Shown here: positions 8,705-17,326 of the stretch, in pieces | Numbering within the stretch: the stretch's first letter is position 1 | How the letters are laid out: every line of letters begins with the position of its first letter | Origin: a virus | Lineage: Duplodnaviria; Caudoviricetes | Direction: 5' to 3' (one strand) | IMG/VR virus record: IMGVR_UViG_3300037484_001321 | Location: 1 to 24,194 of that record | Length of the DNA stretch: 24,194 bases | Program-made: the position numbers and the translations under genes | The notes under the pieces: model-generated | Seen by the model: the letters and a program-made list of their open reading frames with translations, nothing else | What the model was told of the DNA's origin: nothing | Database searches by the model: none

Positions 8705-9539
8705 CGAGGTCAGGCCAAAAAAAGGAAAGCCCCAGGGGGACGGTTACCTCCGAAACCTCACTGCAGTGAGGACAAGTAGTCGCCTGTTTCATTTCTACGC
8801 CTGGTTCGATTGAATCAATATGCTTACGTAGCGCCCGTGCATCTTTCGCCCTCATGTTCGAAACCATGGTCCTAATTTTGTTTTTATCGGCCTCGTCGCC
8901 AATAGAAATTACCGAGTGAAACAATCTAGAAGTAACTGCGTTGTCAGCTAATATATGTATTTTTTTCTTTCTGTCCGACTCCTGCGATATTTCAAATTCA
9001 TCCTGACCTGTAAGCAATCTAAAAACAACTTCCTTCTTGGAAAGCGGCAATATAAAACTAAAAAGATTACTATTGGGAGAAAGCGGAGTTGAGCTTAAAG
9101 GTAAAATCTTTAATCCAGTTAACGAAAATTCGTTTTCATAACTATCTCCACAGTGGCCACATGTGACCTTTGCTGTATATGAGTCGCCATAGCCAGTAAT
9201 TCGAATCGCAATTAGTAGCGCATTTCTGTCCCCAACGAGCATTTCATCTGGATTGATAGATTTATTTAGCATGCAGGACTTTAGAAGTTCCGAAATAACA
9301 GTACCATTCTTAATAAGGGCCCTGGAAGTTAGAAGATCTTCTTCTTTTGCTGTCATACACTTAATCTCAACTACCTCCTCGTTGTTAAGTGGGTGCCCGA
9401 TTGGATAGGCGAGACCCTTGCTTGGCAGCGTTACACTTTCAATTGGAACATCAAATCCTGTGGTTTCCCTGATAACAGGAGTAGAATCGGCGAGGGTGGC
9501 CTGAAATATTGCATTGTTATTGGTAATAGTCGACATCAA
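8697..9539 (-). CDS. gp26-like baseplate hub assembly/tail chaperone with two CxxC pairs
   Basis: LPSKG..Y, MTAKEEDLL, GDRNALLIAIRI.GYG..Y, CGHC, CPHC, C-terminal FFWP; AAGGAG SD. Confidence 0.85.
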   Translation of the reverse strand: MMSTITNNNAIFQATLADSTPVIRETTGFDVPIESVTLPSKGLAYPIGHPLNNEEVVEIKCMTAKEEDLLTSRALIKNGTVISELLKSCMLNKSINPDEMLVGDRNALLIAIRITGYGDSYTAKVTCGHCGDSYENEFSLTGLKILPLSSTPLSPNSNLFSFILPLSKKEVVFRLLTGQDEFEISQESDRKKKIHILADNAVTSRLFHSVISIGDEADKNKIRTMVSNMRAKDARALRKHIDSIEPGVEMKQATTCPHCSEVSEVTVPLGLSFFWPDLDD

Positions 9540-9548
9540 GAATCTCCT

Positions 9549-10862
9549 TTATTGTATACTTAGTTCCCATAAATAATTTCCTGCGTTATAAATCTTATAG
9601 ACACAGTTTTCTTCCGCTACTGTCTTTTCTGTCTTTCCTGGCTGAGCACGAAATTTAAACCTAAAAAATCTGTCAATTCCATCTGTATAATCGTATCCTG
9701 CTCCTGTGTGCTTTACGAGGTTAAATCCATATTTCAAGTATGCTTGGCCTGACGAATAGCGACAATCTGAATAGGTTAATACTTTTTTGTAGTTATTGTC
9801 TTTGCACCACTGTTCAACCCTCTTCATTAATTTAGAAAGACCGCCACGGACAACAGTGCCCTGTAGCGAGCATACTCTTGCTATTTCCATACAGTCGGAT
9901 TTACCTTTTGTAAATGGGCGGCGTAGCGTAATACAGAACACTGGCGAGCCATCTGGGAGGTGGAGTGAGAACGATTTTTGACATCTCACGTCGCCCTGCA
10001 GGTGGTTTAGGTTGAGAAATTCGGCAAGGGAAGCATCCTCCTGTAGTGTGAGTTTTCTTGCGTTGTACTTGTGTTCAACGTGACCGAGTTTTAGTGATAT
10101 GATGGATTTCCAAATATTGCCCTTTTCTCTCCATTCATCTTCGTATATTTGTAGTAGTTGAATATTTTTTTCTTGACACAGTTGAAATTTCTTAAAGTGG
10201 CTTTGCTTTTCTCTGTATTTTTCCGAGCACCAATACAATCCATGGTATTCAATTGCAAGCCCCTTGTCTGGTATATTTATACCCAATTCAAGGGGGTTAA
10301 GAGTTTTTCTGTCATTTTCGATTATAGGGTTGGTGTATTTTACTTCCTGTGAGATGTAGTCAAGCACTTCTTTTAAGAAACCTTTGTTTTTGTACTCTTC
10401 ATATTTAAAACGCGGAATACAATTTTTTTTGCGCGCGGCGGGCATAATATTATTCCAGCTGTGTCCTTGAAGTAAGAAAATATTATCCACACTATTATAG
10501 CTATATTTTTCTATATTTTTTTGTTTTGCTGCATCTTGCGCTTTTCTGACATTGTTGGCTCTTTGTTGCTTCGTCAGTGTGGATTGGTGCTGTTTTTGTT
10601 TTTGGGAAATCTTCTTTTTTGTTTCATCCGTCAACCGACAACCCAGCGTGGGCTTATGATGGTTGTGAATGTAATTATTGAACCTGTATTCTTTTTTGAC
10701 ATATGACGTTGCCTCCCCGCAACCGCATTGGCACAAAGGACGAACGTTGTGTAGGAGATATTTCAGAGTATAACTCTCCTGCGATTCTTGATGGAACTTT
10801 CTCAAATGAGAAGGAAACCCTTTCCTGGCCACGTCTCTCTCGCATATGACACAAAGCCTCAT
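9549..10862 (-). CDS. Hef-like free-standing homing endonuclease (C2H2 finger, CxCGC, NUMOD3-like, Vsr/PD-(D/E)XK-like, GNAT-like C-terminus), probably degenerate
   Basis: CVIC...HLRKFH, CQCGCG, TDETKKKIS, ELGINIPDKGLAIEYHGLYWCS, IYEDEW, NHLQG, EIARVC, GGLSKL, TYSDCRYS.G..Y...GF. Confidence 0.8.
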   Translation of the reverse strand: MRLCVICERDVARKGFPSHLRKFHQESQESYTLKYLLHNVRPLCQCGCGEATSYVKKEYRFNNYIHNHHKPTLGCRLTDETKKKISQKQKQHQSTLTKQQRANNVRKAQDAAKQKNIEKYSYNSVDNIFLLQGHSWNNIMPAARKKNCIPRFKYEEYKNKGFLKEVLDYISQEVKYTNPIIENDRKTLNPLELGINIPDKGLAIEYHGLYWCSEKYREKQSHFKKFQLCQEKNIQLLQIYEDEWREKGNIWKSIISLKLGHVEHKYNARKLTLQEDASLAEFLNLNHLQGDVRCQKSFSLHLPDGSPVFCITLRRPFTKGKSDCMEIARVCSLQGTVVRGGLSKLMKRVEQWCKDNNYKKVLTYSDCRYSSGQAYLKYGFNLVKHTGAGYDYTDGIDRFFRFKFRAQPGKTEKTVAEENCVYKIYNAGNYLWELSIQ

Positions 10863-10868
10863 AGATGT

Positions 10869-10897
10869 AGTTTACATCAAGAAAGCGCAAATGTAAA
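10869..10897 (-). promoter_or_regulatory. sigma70-like promoter predicting a leaderless mRNA for the Hef-like gene
   Basis: TTTACA (10897-10892), 17 nt, TAAACT (10874-10869), 6 nt, ATG (10862). Confidence 0.6.
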
Positions 10898-10933
10898 GAA
10901 AAAAGAGATGCAGAATGGGAGCGAAAAAAAGAA

Positions 10934-11422
10934 TTAGTAGAGAAGAACTGCCTGATCAAAACGAATAACCAGAGCAATATCAACAGGATCCGAAGAGGAG
11001 TAATCTAGGTCGTTGAAGTTTGCTTCTTGAATCCATGATCCTTGAAGTTCCCAGTCTTCAACTACAGCGCCAACAGGGTCCAACAGCTTAAGATTAATCG
11101 TCTTCTTGTAGAAGGCAGCGTAGCCCATACGACCACTTGTATTTTCCCAATCTAGCCTCACCCACTCCATTACCTTTTGAGCGGCAGATGGAACAATCGG
11201 GTCATATAATGTAAGATTCAGTGGAGACCAAGTGCCCTTACCTGAGAAATATCTTTTCTGATTAATATAATCAATAACCGTTTCATCGAAACTTAATTGG
11301 GGGCGAGATGTGGTCTTTAATGTGAACGCATCGATGCCTCCAATAGACATAATCCACCTACCCTTTCGTTTAGGTTCGTAGGTGTCAGCTAACATTTGTT
11401 GAATATCAAGAACTTCAGCCAA
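10934..11422 (-). CDS. Tail tube protein (T4 gp19-like)
   Basis: YEPKRK.RW, RP, GK.TW.P..LTLYDPI.PSAAQ.VMEW, GRMGY..FYKK, LDPVG.VVE.W.L.G.W; follows sheath; TTG start with GGAGG SD. Confidence 0.93.
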   Translation of the reverse strand: MAEVLDIQQMLADTYEPKRKGRWIMSIGGIDAFTLKTTSRPQLSFDETVIDYINQKRYFSGKGTWSPLNLTLYDPIVPSAAQKVMEWVRLDWENTSGRMGYAAFYKKTINLKLLDPVGAVVEDWELQGSWIQEANFNDLDYSSSDPVDIALVIRFDQAVLLY

Positions 11423-11502
11423 AGTATTTATCCTCCACTTAGTATACTATACAAAATATTTCTTGTACAATAACTATTCTCCGTTTAATCTTTTTTCCCT
11501 TT

Positions 11503-13899
11503 TTACTCTTCAAAAGAAGCTCCACTAGGACTGATAACGAAATCTACAGAAATTGCTTCAGCGGTTCTGGTCGGAACCAAATAAATTTTACCTCTCAGTT
11601 CGTTTCTGTCGATAACTTCAGGAGGGTTGGTAGTTGAATCCATTACCACCAAAAACTTTTCAAGACCTTGTTTTTGTTGAATTTCAGCAAAAATCGGGTT
11701 AACAGATTGGCGGAATCTGGTTTGGGTCGTAGCATTACCAGGCTCAAACACGAGATACTTAGCCGCGCTAGCAACAAGTTTCTTCGCCTTAATCATCAGC
11801 CGACGGACATTGATCCTGTCCAAAGCAGACGATTTAAGTTGTAATGTTTTTTGCCCCCAAATTACGCCTTGCGGAACGTCAGGAAATCTAGCAATCGGAT
11901 TGATTCTTGCTTCATATAGTGAATCACGTTCTGATTGCTTCAACTGGTCCATGACACCAAGAACATCAAACCCGATGGTATCTCTCCCGAGCCCCGCACG
12001 ATTTAACCCAGCAGGAGCAAACCAAGGATATGAAACACGATCATTAAAGGCAATCGCACCTACCGCAGCAACAGAGGCGGGAAGTTCTTTAGCCACCTTG
12101 TTGATGTCGTCATATACCTTGATTGAAGGATAGTAAACAGCTGCATAATTTGTGTCAAAACCACGATTCTTAACTTCTTGAATTATCGCAGTAGGGGTGC
12201 TGCCTGATACATCAGCGACGTAAAATACATCAGCACGGTTTTCAACCTTAATGATTGCATAATCAACCACTTTACTACTGTAAACTCCAGGGATCGCTAA
12301 CAAATTAATATCAACAGCATCGGGGTCTGAAACAACATCAATACCCTGGCGTAAAGCCTGAATACCTAATTGAGTAATCGCAGCGAGTTGACTTTCGTTA
12401 TTCAGCGGATCTGCGAGGCGTCTATCGAATCCGTCGAAACCGAAAGCAACAGGAACCGTGAACTTTGCTAGTGACGAATCTAACGTAGTATGGCTAGTCG
12501 AAGTGCCTGGCGACTTCTGTGAGGCGACAGGATTCGAAGCATTATAAAGCAACGTTGAAAGTGAAGATCCAGAAACATTAGTCAAGCTAAAGTCCGCATC
12601 AGAACCAGTCATGGTTGGAAGTTTTGTCAGCCTGGACAATACCGAGCCTGACGCAACCGTTTCCATTCCCCAATAAATGCTTGTTTGTGCTTCACTTTGA
12701 GTTTCCTTGTCGTTTAGGTCTGCGACATAAGGAACGGCCAAAATGGCGCTAGAAACATCCACATCAACACCCGTATCCGCCGCGCCAGAACCAGATAGTA
12801 CTGAAAGATTTGGCTTGCTAAGACCCCTGAAACCCCAAGGCGCGGCGGCGTCAGGGTAAGATCCCGTAGTCATTTCTACACGAATCAATCTTGATCCGTT
12901 TGTATAGTCACCGTATTCAACAAGCTTCTCGCGGGAAACATCATATTTGAAGTGCTTATCACCAACAACTCGGCAAATATAGTTATTGTCGGAAGGATTC
13001 AAGGAAAGGTTGACGAACGATTCAACAACGCTTTTTGATTTGTCGGTATCCGAAAACGAACGAACCTCTAGATCGAACTTTCCAAATTCACTAATTGTTG
13101 GCGCGGCCGAAGGACGAATGTTGGTAACGGAAATTTTCAATCTACCATTTTCCGCTTCGCCATGACCAAGAGTGTGAACCCTAAAAAGGTTATACTCTGA
13201 GCTTCCGCCAAACAATTGTGATTTAATCCACGGAGTAGAGCCACTGTTGTATCCAAATTGAAAATTTGTAACAGCATAACTTGCCGAAGAATATAGAGCG
13301 TTGCCCTGCCTCACGGTCTTAAATGCATAATCATATGTATCGCGAACATAGTACCCAACAGAAGAAAAGAGAGTAGGATCGGCATTGAGAACCTTTTTGA
13401 TGTAATTTGAGCTACTGGTCAAAAATGAAGCAGTAACAGCAGCAAGAGAGCCAATCGACCCAGTAATTCTTACGTCAAATAAATCATTTCCGAGATCGTT
13501 AATAACCAAGTCGTGAGATCCCGTAATTTCTAAGAGCGCCATAATAGCACCGACCGAACCTGAACCCGCGGTAATACCCCAAATACTTTCAGCGGTATAC
13601 CCAGCGGTGACTTCAGCGCCGTTGACGGTACGACCTTCGGGGCCAAGCACTCGTACAATCTTTGCAGATCCTGCGTTTCTAAGATACGATCTCGCAGCAT
13701 AACCTAAAATGTGGGAAGTATTTAATGGGCCAAAATAGCTAGTATATTCCGAATAATCGGTAACACTGACAGGCACAAACGCGGGCCCTTGTGGTGCCGT
13801 ACCTACAAGTGCCGCACCAATCGCTCCCACTCCAGCACCCAAAAAAGATGCGTCAATTTCATTTGTAAATACACCCGCTGATACAAAACTTTTTGCCAT
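11503..13899 (-). CDS. Contractile tail sheath protein (T4 gp18-like)
   Basis: SAGVFTNEID, GPAFVP, WFAPAGLNR, LYEARINPI, VIWGQKTLQ, SALDRINVRRL, VFEP, PTRTAE; GGAGG SD. Confidence 0.96.
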   Translation of the reverse strand: MAKSFVSAGVFTNEIDASFLGAGVGAIGAALVGTAPQGPAFVPVSVTDYSEYTSYFGPLNTSHILGYAARSYLRNAGSAKIVRVLGPEGRTVNGAEVTAGYTAESIWGITAGSGSVGAIMALLEITGSHDLVINDLGNDLFDVRITGSIGSLAAVTASFLTSSSNYIKKVLNADPTLFSSVGYYVRDTYDYAFKTVRQGNALYSSASYAVTNFQFGYNSGSTPWIKSQLFGGSSEYNLFRVHTLGHGEAENGRLKISVTNIRPSAAPTISEFGKFDLEVRSFSDTDKSKSVVESFVNLSLNPSDNNYICRVVGDKHFKYDVSREKLVEYGDYTNGSRLIRVEMTTGSYPDAAAPWGFRGLSKPNLSVLSGSGAADTGVDVDVSSAILAVPYVADLNDKETQSEAQTSIYWGMETVASGSVLSRLTKLPTMTGSDADFSLTNVSGSSLSTLLYNASNPVASQKSPGTSTSHTTLDSSLAKFTVPVAFGFDGFDRRLADPLNNESQLAAITQLGIQALRQGIDVVSDPDAVDINLLAIPGVYSSKVVDYAIIKVENRADVFYVADVSGSTPTAIIQEVKNRGFDTNYAAVYYPSIKVYDDINKVAKELPASVAAVGAIAFNDRVSYPWFAPAGLNRAGLGRDTIGFDVLGVMDQLKQSERDSLYEARINPIARFPDVPQGVIWGQKTLQLKSSALDRINVRRLMIKAKKLVASAAKYLVFEPGNATTQTRFRQSVNPIFAEIQQKQGLEKFLVVMDSTTNPPEVIDRNELRGKIYLVPTRTAEAISVDFVISPSGASFEE

Positions 13900-13950
13900 T
13901 GACTATTCAGCCTCCATATATGGGCAAACCAAGATAAAGAAATTCTATAC

Positions 13951-13958
13951 TATAAATA
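13951..13958 (-). promoter_or_regulatory. Candidate late promoter TATTTATA upstream of the sheath gene
   Basis: The same 8-mer on the coding strand recurs at 16914-16921 and 18788-18795; TATTTA/TAGTTA core precedes other structural genes. Confidence 0.5.
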
Positions 13959-13983
13959 TGCTCTTTTTTTGCAAAAAGAAAAT

Positions 13984-14847
13984 TTAACCAAACAATTTTG
14001 CAAATTCTTCAAGAGATAAAATGTTCTCTGTTAGTTTTGTTTCTGTGGAACTTTGACTTTTAAATATAACCTTTCCGCCGTCGTCAACCTTAGAATTCCC
14101 TCTTCGTCGACCATAAGCAAGAGTTTCATCTTTCGGATCCAACATGAGATATACAGGAACCTTGATTGAATAATTATATCTAATTATGCGTTCTTGATTT
14201 GTAAATTCCTCAACATTTGCTTGAGGGACGACACTACCATCTCTAAATCCCACAAAATAATAACCAGTACCTTTTCTTTTCTTTCCGTCATACTCTACAG
14301 GGATAACAAAACTATCCATATGGTCGTAATTGTAAAATATTTTTTCTAGTACCTCATTCATTTGTGTCTGGTATTGAGTCCATATTTTTATTTCATAATA
14401 TAATGTCGCAAAATCAGGAAACGGTATTGTTATATATTCATATACCGCATCCCTCTTTGCTTCAGGAAACCCGCTTTCGCGGCGAGAATCAATTAGATTT
14501 TGTATGTTTGATGTTTTTGGGTGAATATCCTTCTTCACCATTATATATGGAGTCTCTTGCCCCATCGATCGCATACCAGGAGTTCGATCTACGTTGGTCC
14601 TGCTGATAGCAATCAGTGGCAAAATAAGGGTCCCATTTTCATCCCGAAGACCCTTGTTGTCTCTAATAAGCTTCCAACGCTCACCACTAGCAAATATAAT
14701 TGGGATCTTTGTTCTGCCCTTGTCAGTATCTGTAGTTATAGACAATTCTTTATCAAAGTAATCTACCACGGCCTGATCAACAGTCTCTAGTGTAACGGGT
14801 TTAACAGAATATCTTCCATTCTTATCTTCAAATGCGTTGTTAACCAT
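13984..14847 (-). CDS. Tail terminator/sheath stabiliser (T4 gp15-like)
   Basis: IPIIFASGERW, RD.NG.LILPLIAI.R, P.P....L.YEI.IWT.Y..QMN...E; immediately upstream of sheath. Confidence 0.8.
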   Translation of the reverse strand: MVNNAFEDKNGRYSVKPVTLETVDQAVVDYFDKELSITTDTDKGRTKIPIIFASGERWKLIRDNKGLRDENGTLILPLIAISRTNVDRTPGMRSMGQETPYIMVKKDIHPKTSNIQNLIDSRRESGFPEAKRDAVYEYITIPFPDFATLYYEIKIWTQYQTQMNEVLEKIFYNYDHMDSFVIPVEYDGKKRKGTGYYFVGFRDGSVVPQANVEEFTNQERIIRYNYSIKVPVYLMLDPKDETLAYGRRRGNSKVDDGGKVIFKSQSSTETKLTENILSLEEFAKLFG

Positions 14848-15408
14848 CTATTTACCTAAATAAATCATCTGAGGAGAGGTCATCCCCCAAACCCATATCG
14901 AATCCACCATCCATTCTCCCGACGGAGGTGAATTACTATATTTAGGCTTCTCGGAAGGATTTACGTATTCTATTGTGATGTGCGGTTTATATTCTGGAAA
15001 TTTATGAGATACTGGGATCTGGTTCAGCAAAAATTCCTTCTTTAATTTCTCGTGAAGTTTATAAAGTTTATTTGATTTTATTGGCGAATGAACGATAGTT
15101 TGCCCTTCGGCGTTTGTAAATTTCTTTGGTTTTTTGATTTTTACGGTAAACGGTTTTGCACACGCGCAGACTTTTTGACATGTTTCTAATAATTTTTCTT
15201 CAAAATTTGGAGGAATGTCCCCGCAATACAGAAGAGTAATGTGAGGAGGAGACGAATCTTCCCCCTCCCTTCCCTCGTCTGGATATTGCACGGCTAAATC
15301 CGATGGTAGTGGAATAAAAATTCCTACTTCCTTACCGACGCCATGCTCACGCTGTGATTCATGCCAGGTAATAACTTTGTAGATTAATCCAAGATCTGGC
15401 AAATTCAT
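14848..15408 (-). CDS. 2H phosphoesterase (LigT/2'-5' RNA ligase fold; Acb1/T4 gp57B-like)
   Basis: Two HxT motifs, PHITLLY and YKPHITIEY, about 85 aa apart. Confidence 0.88.
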   Translation of the reverse strand: MNLPDLGLIYKVITWHESQREHGVGKEVGIFIPLPSDLAVQYPDEGREGEDSSPPHITLLYCGDIPPNFEEKLLETCQKVCACAKPFTVKIKKPKKFTNAEGQTIVHSPIKSNKLYKLHEKLKKEFLLNQIPVSHKFPEYKPHITIEYVNPSEKPKYSNSPPSGEWMVDSIWVWGMTSPQMIYLGK

Positions 15409-15413
15409 GTAAA

Positions 15414-16106
15414 TTATTTCCCCAGAAATTTTTTAAGAACATCAGCAGTAATTGAAAATGATATATGAGAATACGCAGGATGAACCATGACAACTACACC
15501 TATAACAAATCCATTTTCATTAAACGCAGGACCACCGCTGTTGCCGCTCGCAACAGGGCAAGAAGACATAAGTTTGCCATCCAAAACCCTAATTGGCATT
15601 TCCTTGGTATTGGCTTGCGATACAATACCCTCAGTCACCATCGGCATAATACCCATAGGAGCCCCCGCTGCATAAATTTTATCTCCAAATTTAACACTAC
15701 TATAATTTTTAATTATCTTTACTGGTCGAATTCCGTGCTTCGGACGAGATATTAGACAGAGATCTTTACTGTCGCTGAATTCAAATTTTTCAATTCTCGC
15801 ACCTTCCATCTTGACCTTTTCCCCGTTGTCATTAATATAATAAATTATTATTTCGCCCGTCATGGAATCATCTATGATGCCGTCATCGATAGTGTTGCAA
15901 AAATGTCCAGCCGTCACAAAGTTAGATTTGTCCACAGGAAACCCAGTAGCGCCCACGCCCACCATGGGATTTTCTTTCAGAGGGGAAAACAGTTTAACTG
16001 CTTTTCTCCATTGATCCGCAATCGGCCTAGGACGATGAGCACTAGCGTTAGGAATGCACGAGGCAAAAGCAAAAATAACAGAAAAAACAACAGCAAAAAT
16101 TTTCAT
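15414..16106 (-). CDS. Exported trypsin-like (S1) serine protease
   Basis: Triad motifs TAGHFC, DLCL, GNSGGP; N-terminal signal peptide with possible lipobox FAS-C. Confidence 0.92.
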   Translation of the reverse strand: MKIFAVVFSVIFAFASCIPNASAHRPRPIADQWRKAVKLFSPLKENPMVGVGATGFPVDKSNFVTAGHFCNTIDDGIIDDSMTGEIIIYYINDNGEKVKMEGARIEKFEFSDSKDLCLISRPKHGIRPVKIIKNYSSVKFGDKIYAAGAPMGIMPMVTEGIVSQANTKEMPIRVLDGKLMSSCPVASGNSGGPAFNENGFVIGVVVMVHPAYSHISFSITADVLKKFLGK

Positions 16107-16111
16107 AACAT

Positions 16112-16909
16112 TTAATCTCCAGAATTAATAATTTCAAATTGCGATTTTCTTGACACTCTACATTCAGCCTTAACCATCACCTCATTGTCTATTTGCCCGT
16201 ACGTAATTTGAGGTCTCGATAGTGTTTCAATTTCATACACAACCGTTCCAAACTGAACGAAATCACCCTCCCTTGGTATAACTTCTCTCTCTCGTAATTC
16301 GTGAATGTGGAAATAACATTCAATTGAATATATCGTATCAATCGTAAATTGTGTATTGCTTTGCGTTGGATTTTTGTACAAAACTAAAGCATTAACTTCG
16401 ATTGGTTCATATGTTGTCTTTCTTATCGCTTCTGCATATAACCCGTGTGTTTTTGTGTGTTCTTCTGACACCGCATAATAAATAATCTTTTGAGAGATAA
16501 TTCTTTGTATTAATTCCTTACTCATGTGATTAAAAAAGGAAATTTCTTTCGGCGTAACAAAAAGAGGTCCAGTCAGTCTTCCTGGCGGGCCTGGGGTGTA
16601 TGACCCGTCGACCCTAAGTGCATACGTACGAATCTGCACAGATATGTCACTAGCGGCTTGCCACGTCCAACGGTCGTAAAAAACAGCAGGAGCAGTACCT
16701 ACAGGGATGGACCAAGAAGTCTGGTAAACGCCTACTGATGTTTTGGCTGGGGAAGAGAGAGCGGCAATTAGGTTGCCCCCTGTTTCGGCATCATATATTT
16801 CTACGCTAGAAATATCATAAGGATCAAACAATTGGCCGTTAACGTAAAATCTGGTGGTTAACGCAACATCGTTTCCTACCTTCCCTATTGTACTTCTTAA
16901 GCGTGCCAT
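16112..16909 (-). CDS. Neck/head-closure protein (T4 gp14-like) with N-terminal Ig-like extension
   Basis: C-terminal part PLF...E..FF.....ELI...I.Q.I.YY, LY.EA..K, PREGDFV.FG...YEI; the first ~100 aa are beta-rich and joined by a TPGPPG linker. Confidence 0.75.
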   Translation of the reverse strand: MARLRSTIGKVGNDVALTTRFYVNGQLFDPYDISSVEIYDAETGGNLIAALSSPAKTSVGVYQTSWSIPVGTAPAVFYDRWTWQAASDISVQIRTYALRVDGSYTPGPPGRLTGPLFVTPKEISFFNHMSKELIQRIISQKIIYYAVSEEHTKTHGLYAEAIRKTTYEPIEVNALVLYKNPTQSNTQFTIDTIYSIECYFHIHELREREVIPREGDFVQFGTVVYEIETLSRPQITYGQIDNEVMVKAECRVSRKSQFEIINSGD

Positions 16910-16913
16910 ATTT

Positions 16914-16921
16914 TATAAATA
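16914..16921 (-). promoter_or_regulatory. Candidate late promoter TATTTATA upstream of the gp14-like gene
   Basis: Exact match to the motif before the sheath gene, ending 4 nt before the ATG. Confidence 0.45.
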
Positions 16922-16939
16922 GGTAGGATAAATCCCGTT

Positions 16940-17326
16940 CTAATCTATTTCACTCTCATAAACCTTAAGATCTCCGCTGGTCCCCGACATAAGAAAATAA
17001 TGACGTTCCGTGTCATATCCAACAGGGGTGGTGTTGTGTTTGTAATAAACCACATACATTGTTGAACTTTGAATAAGAGACTGAGAAAACGTATATGTAT
17101 ATATTCCTGGCAGGTTTGCACTGTCTAATTCTACCATAGAAGCGGATGTTGGTGTTGAGGTAAATGATGATCCATCCCAATAATAATTGTCCAAGAATCC
17201 TCCATCGACACTTCTATATCTACGAATGCTTACCTGTGGATCACTACCAGTGAGGCCCACTCCGTCGCTGCGGACCACATCCAAGAAAAGCGAAACATCA
17301 TTTCCGATCGACCAACGATAATACAT
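16940..17326 (-). CDS. Small beta-sandwich (Ig-like) virion protein
   Basis: 128 aa, Ser/Thr/Tyr-rich, PGIYTYTF strand; GAGAGG SD. Confidence 0.65.
   Translation of the reverse strand: MYYRWSIGNDVSLFLDVVRSDGVGLTGSDPQVSIRRYRSVDGGFLDNYYWDGSSFTSTPTSASMVELDSANLPGIYTYTFSQSLIQSSTMYVVYYKHNTTPVGYDTERHYFLMSGTSGDLKVYESEID

Noticed and set aside
10675-10983. 102-aa minus-strand ORF bridging the tube and Hef-like genes
   Set aside because: Out-of-frame overlap with two better genes and spans a promoter; composition is not protein-like.
1926-13899. Bacterial contractile injection system or tailocin
   Set aside because: gp13/gp14-like head-joining genes, homing endonucleases and a polymerase indicate a phage; no AAA ATPase of eCIS type is present.
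13951-13958. T4 late promoter TATAAATA on the plus strand
   Set aside because: It points away from all genes; better read as TATTTATA on the coding strand.
13962-13979. TCTTTTT-TTGC-AAAAAGA hairpin as a terminator
   Set aside because: Almost entirely A-T stem and no clear U-tract on the coding strand; too weak to call.
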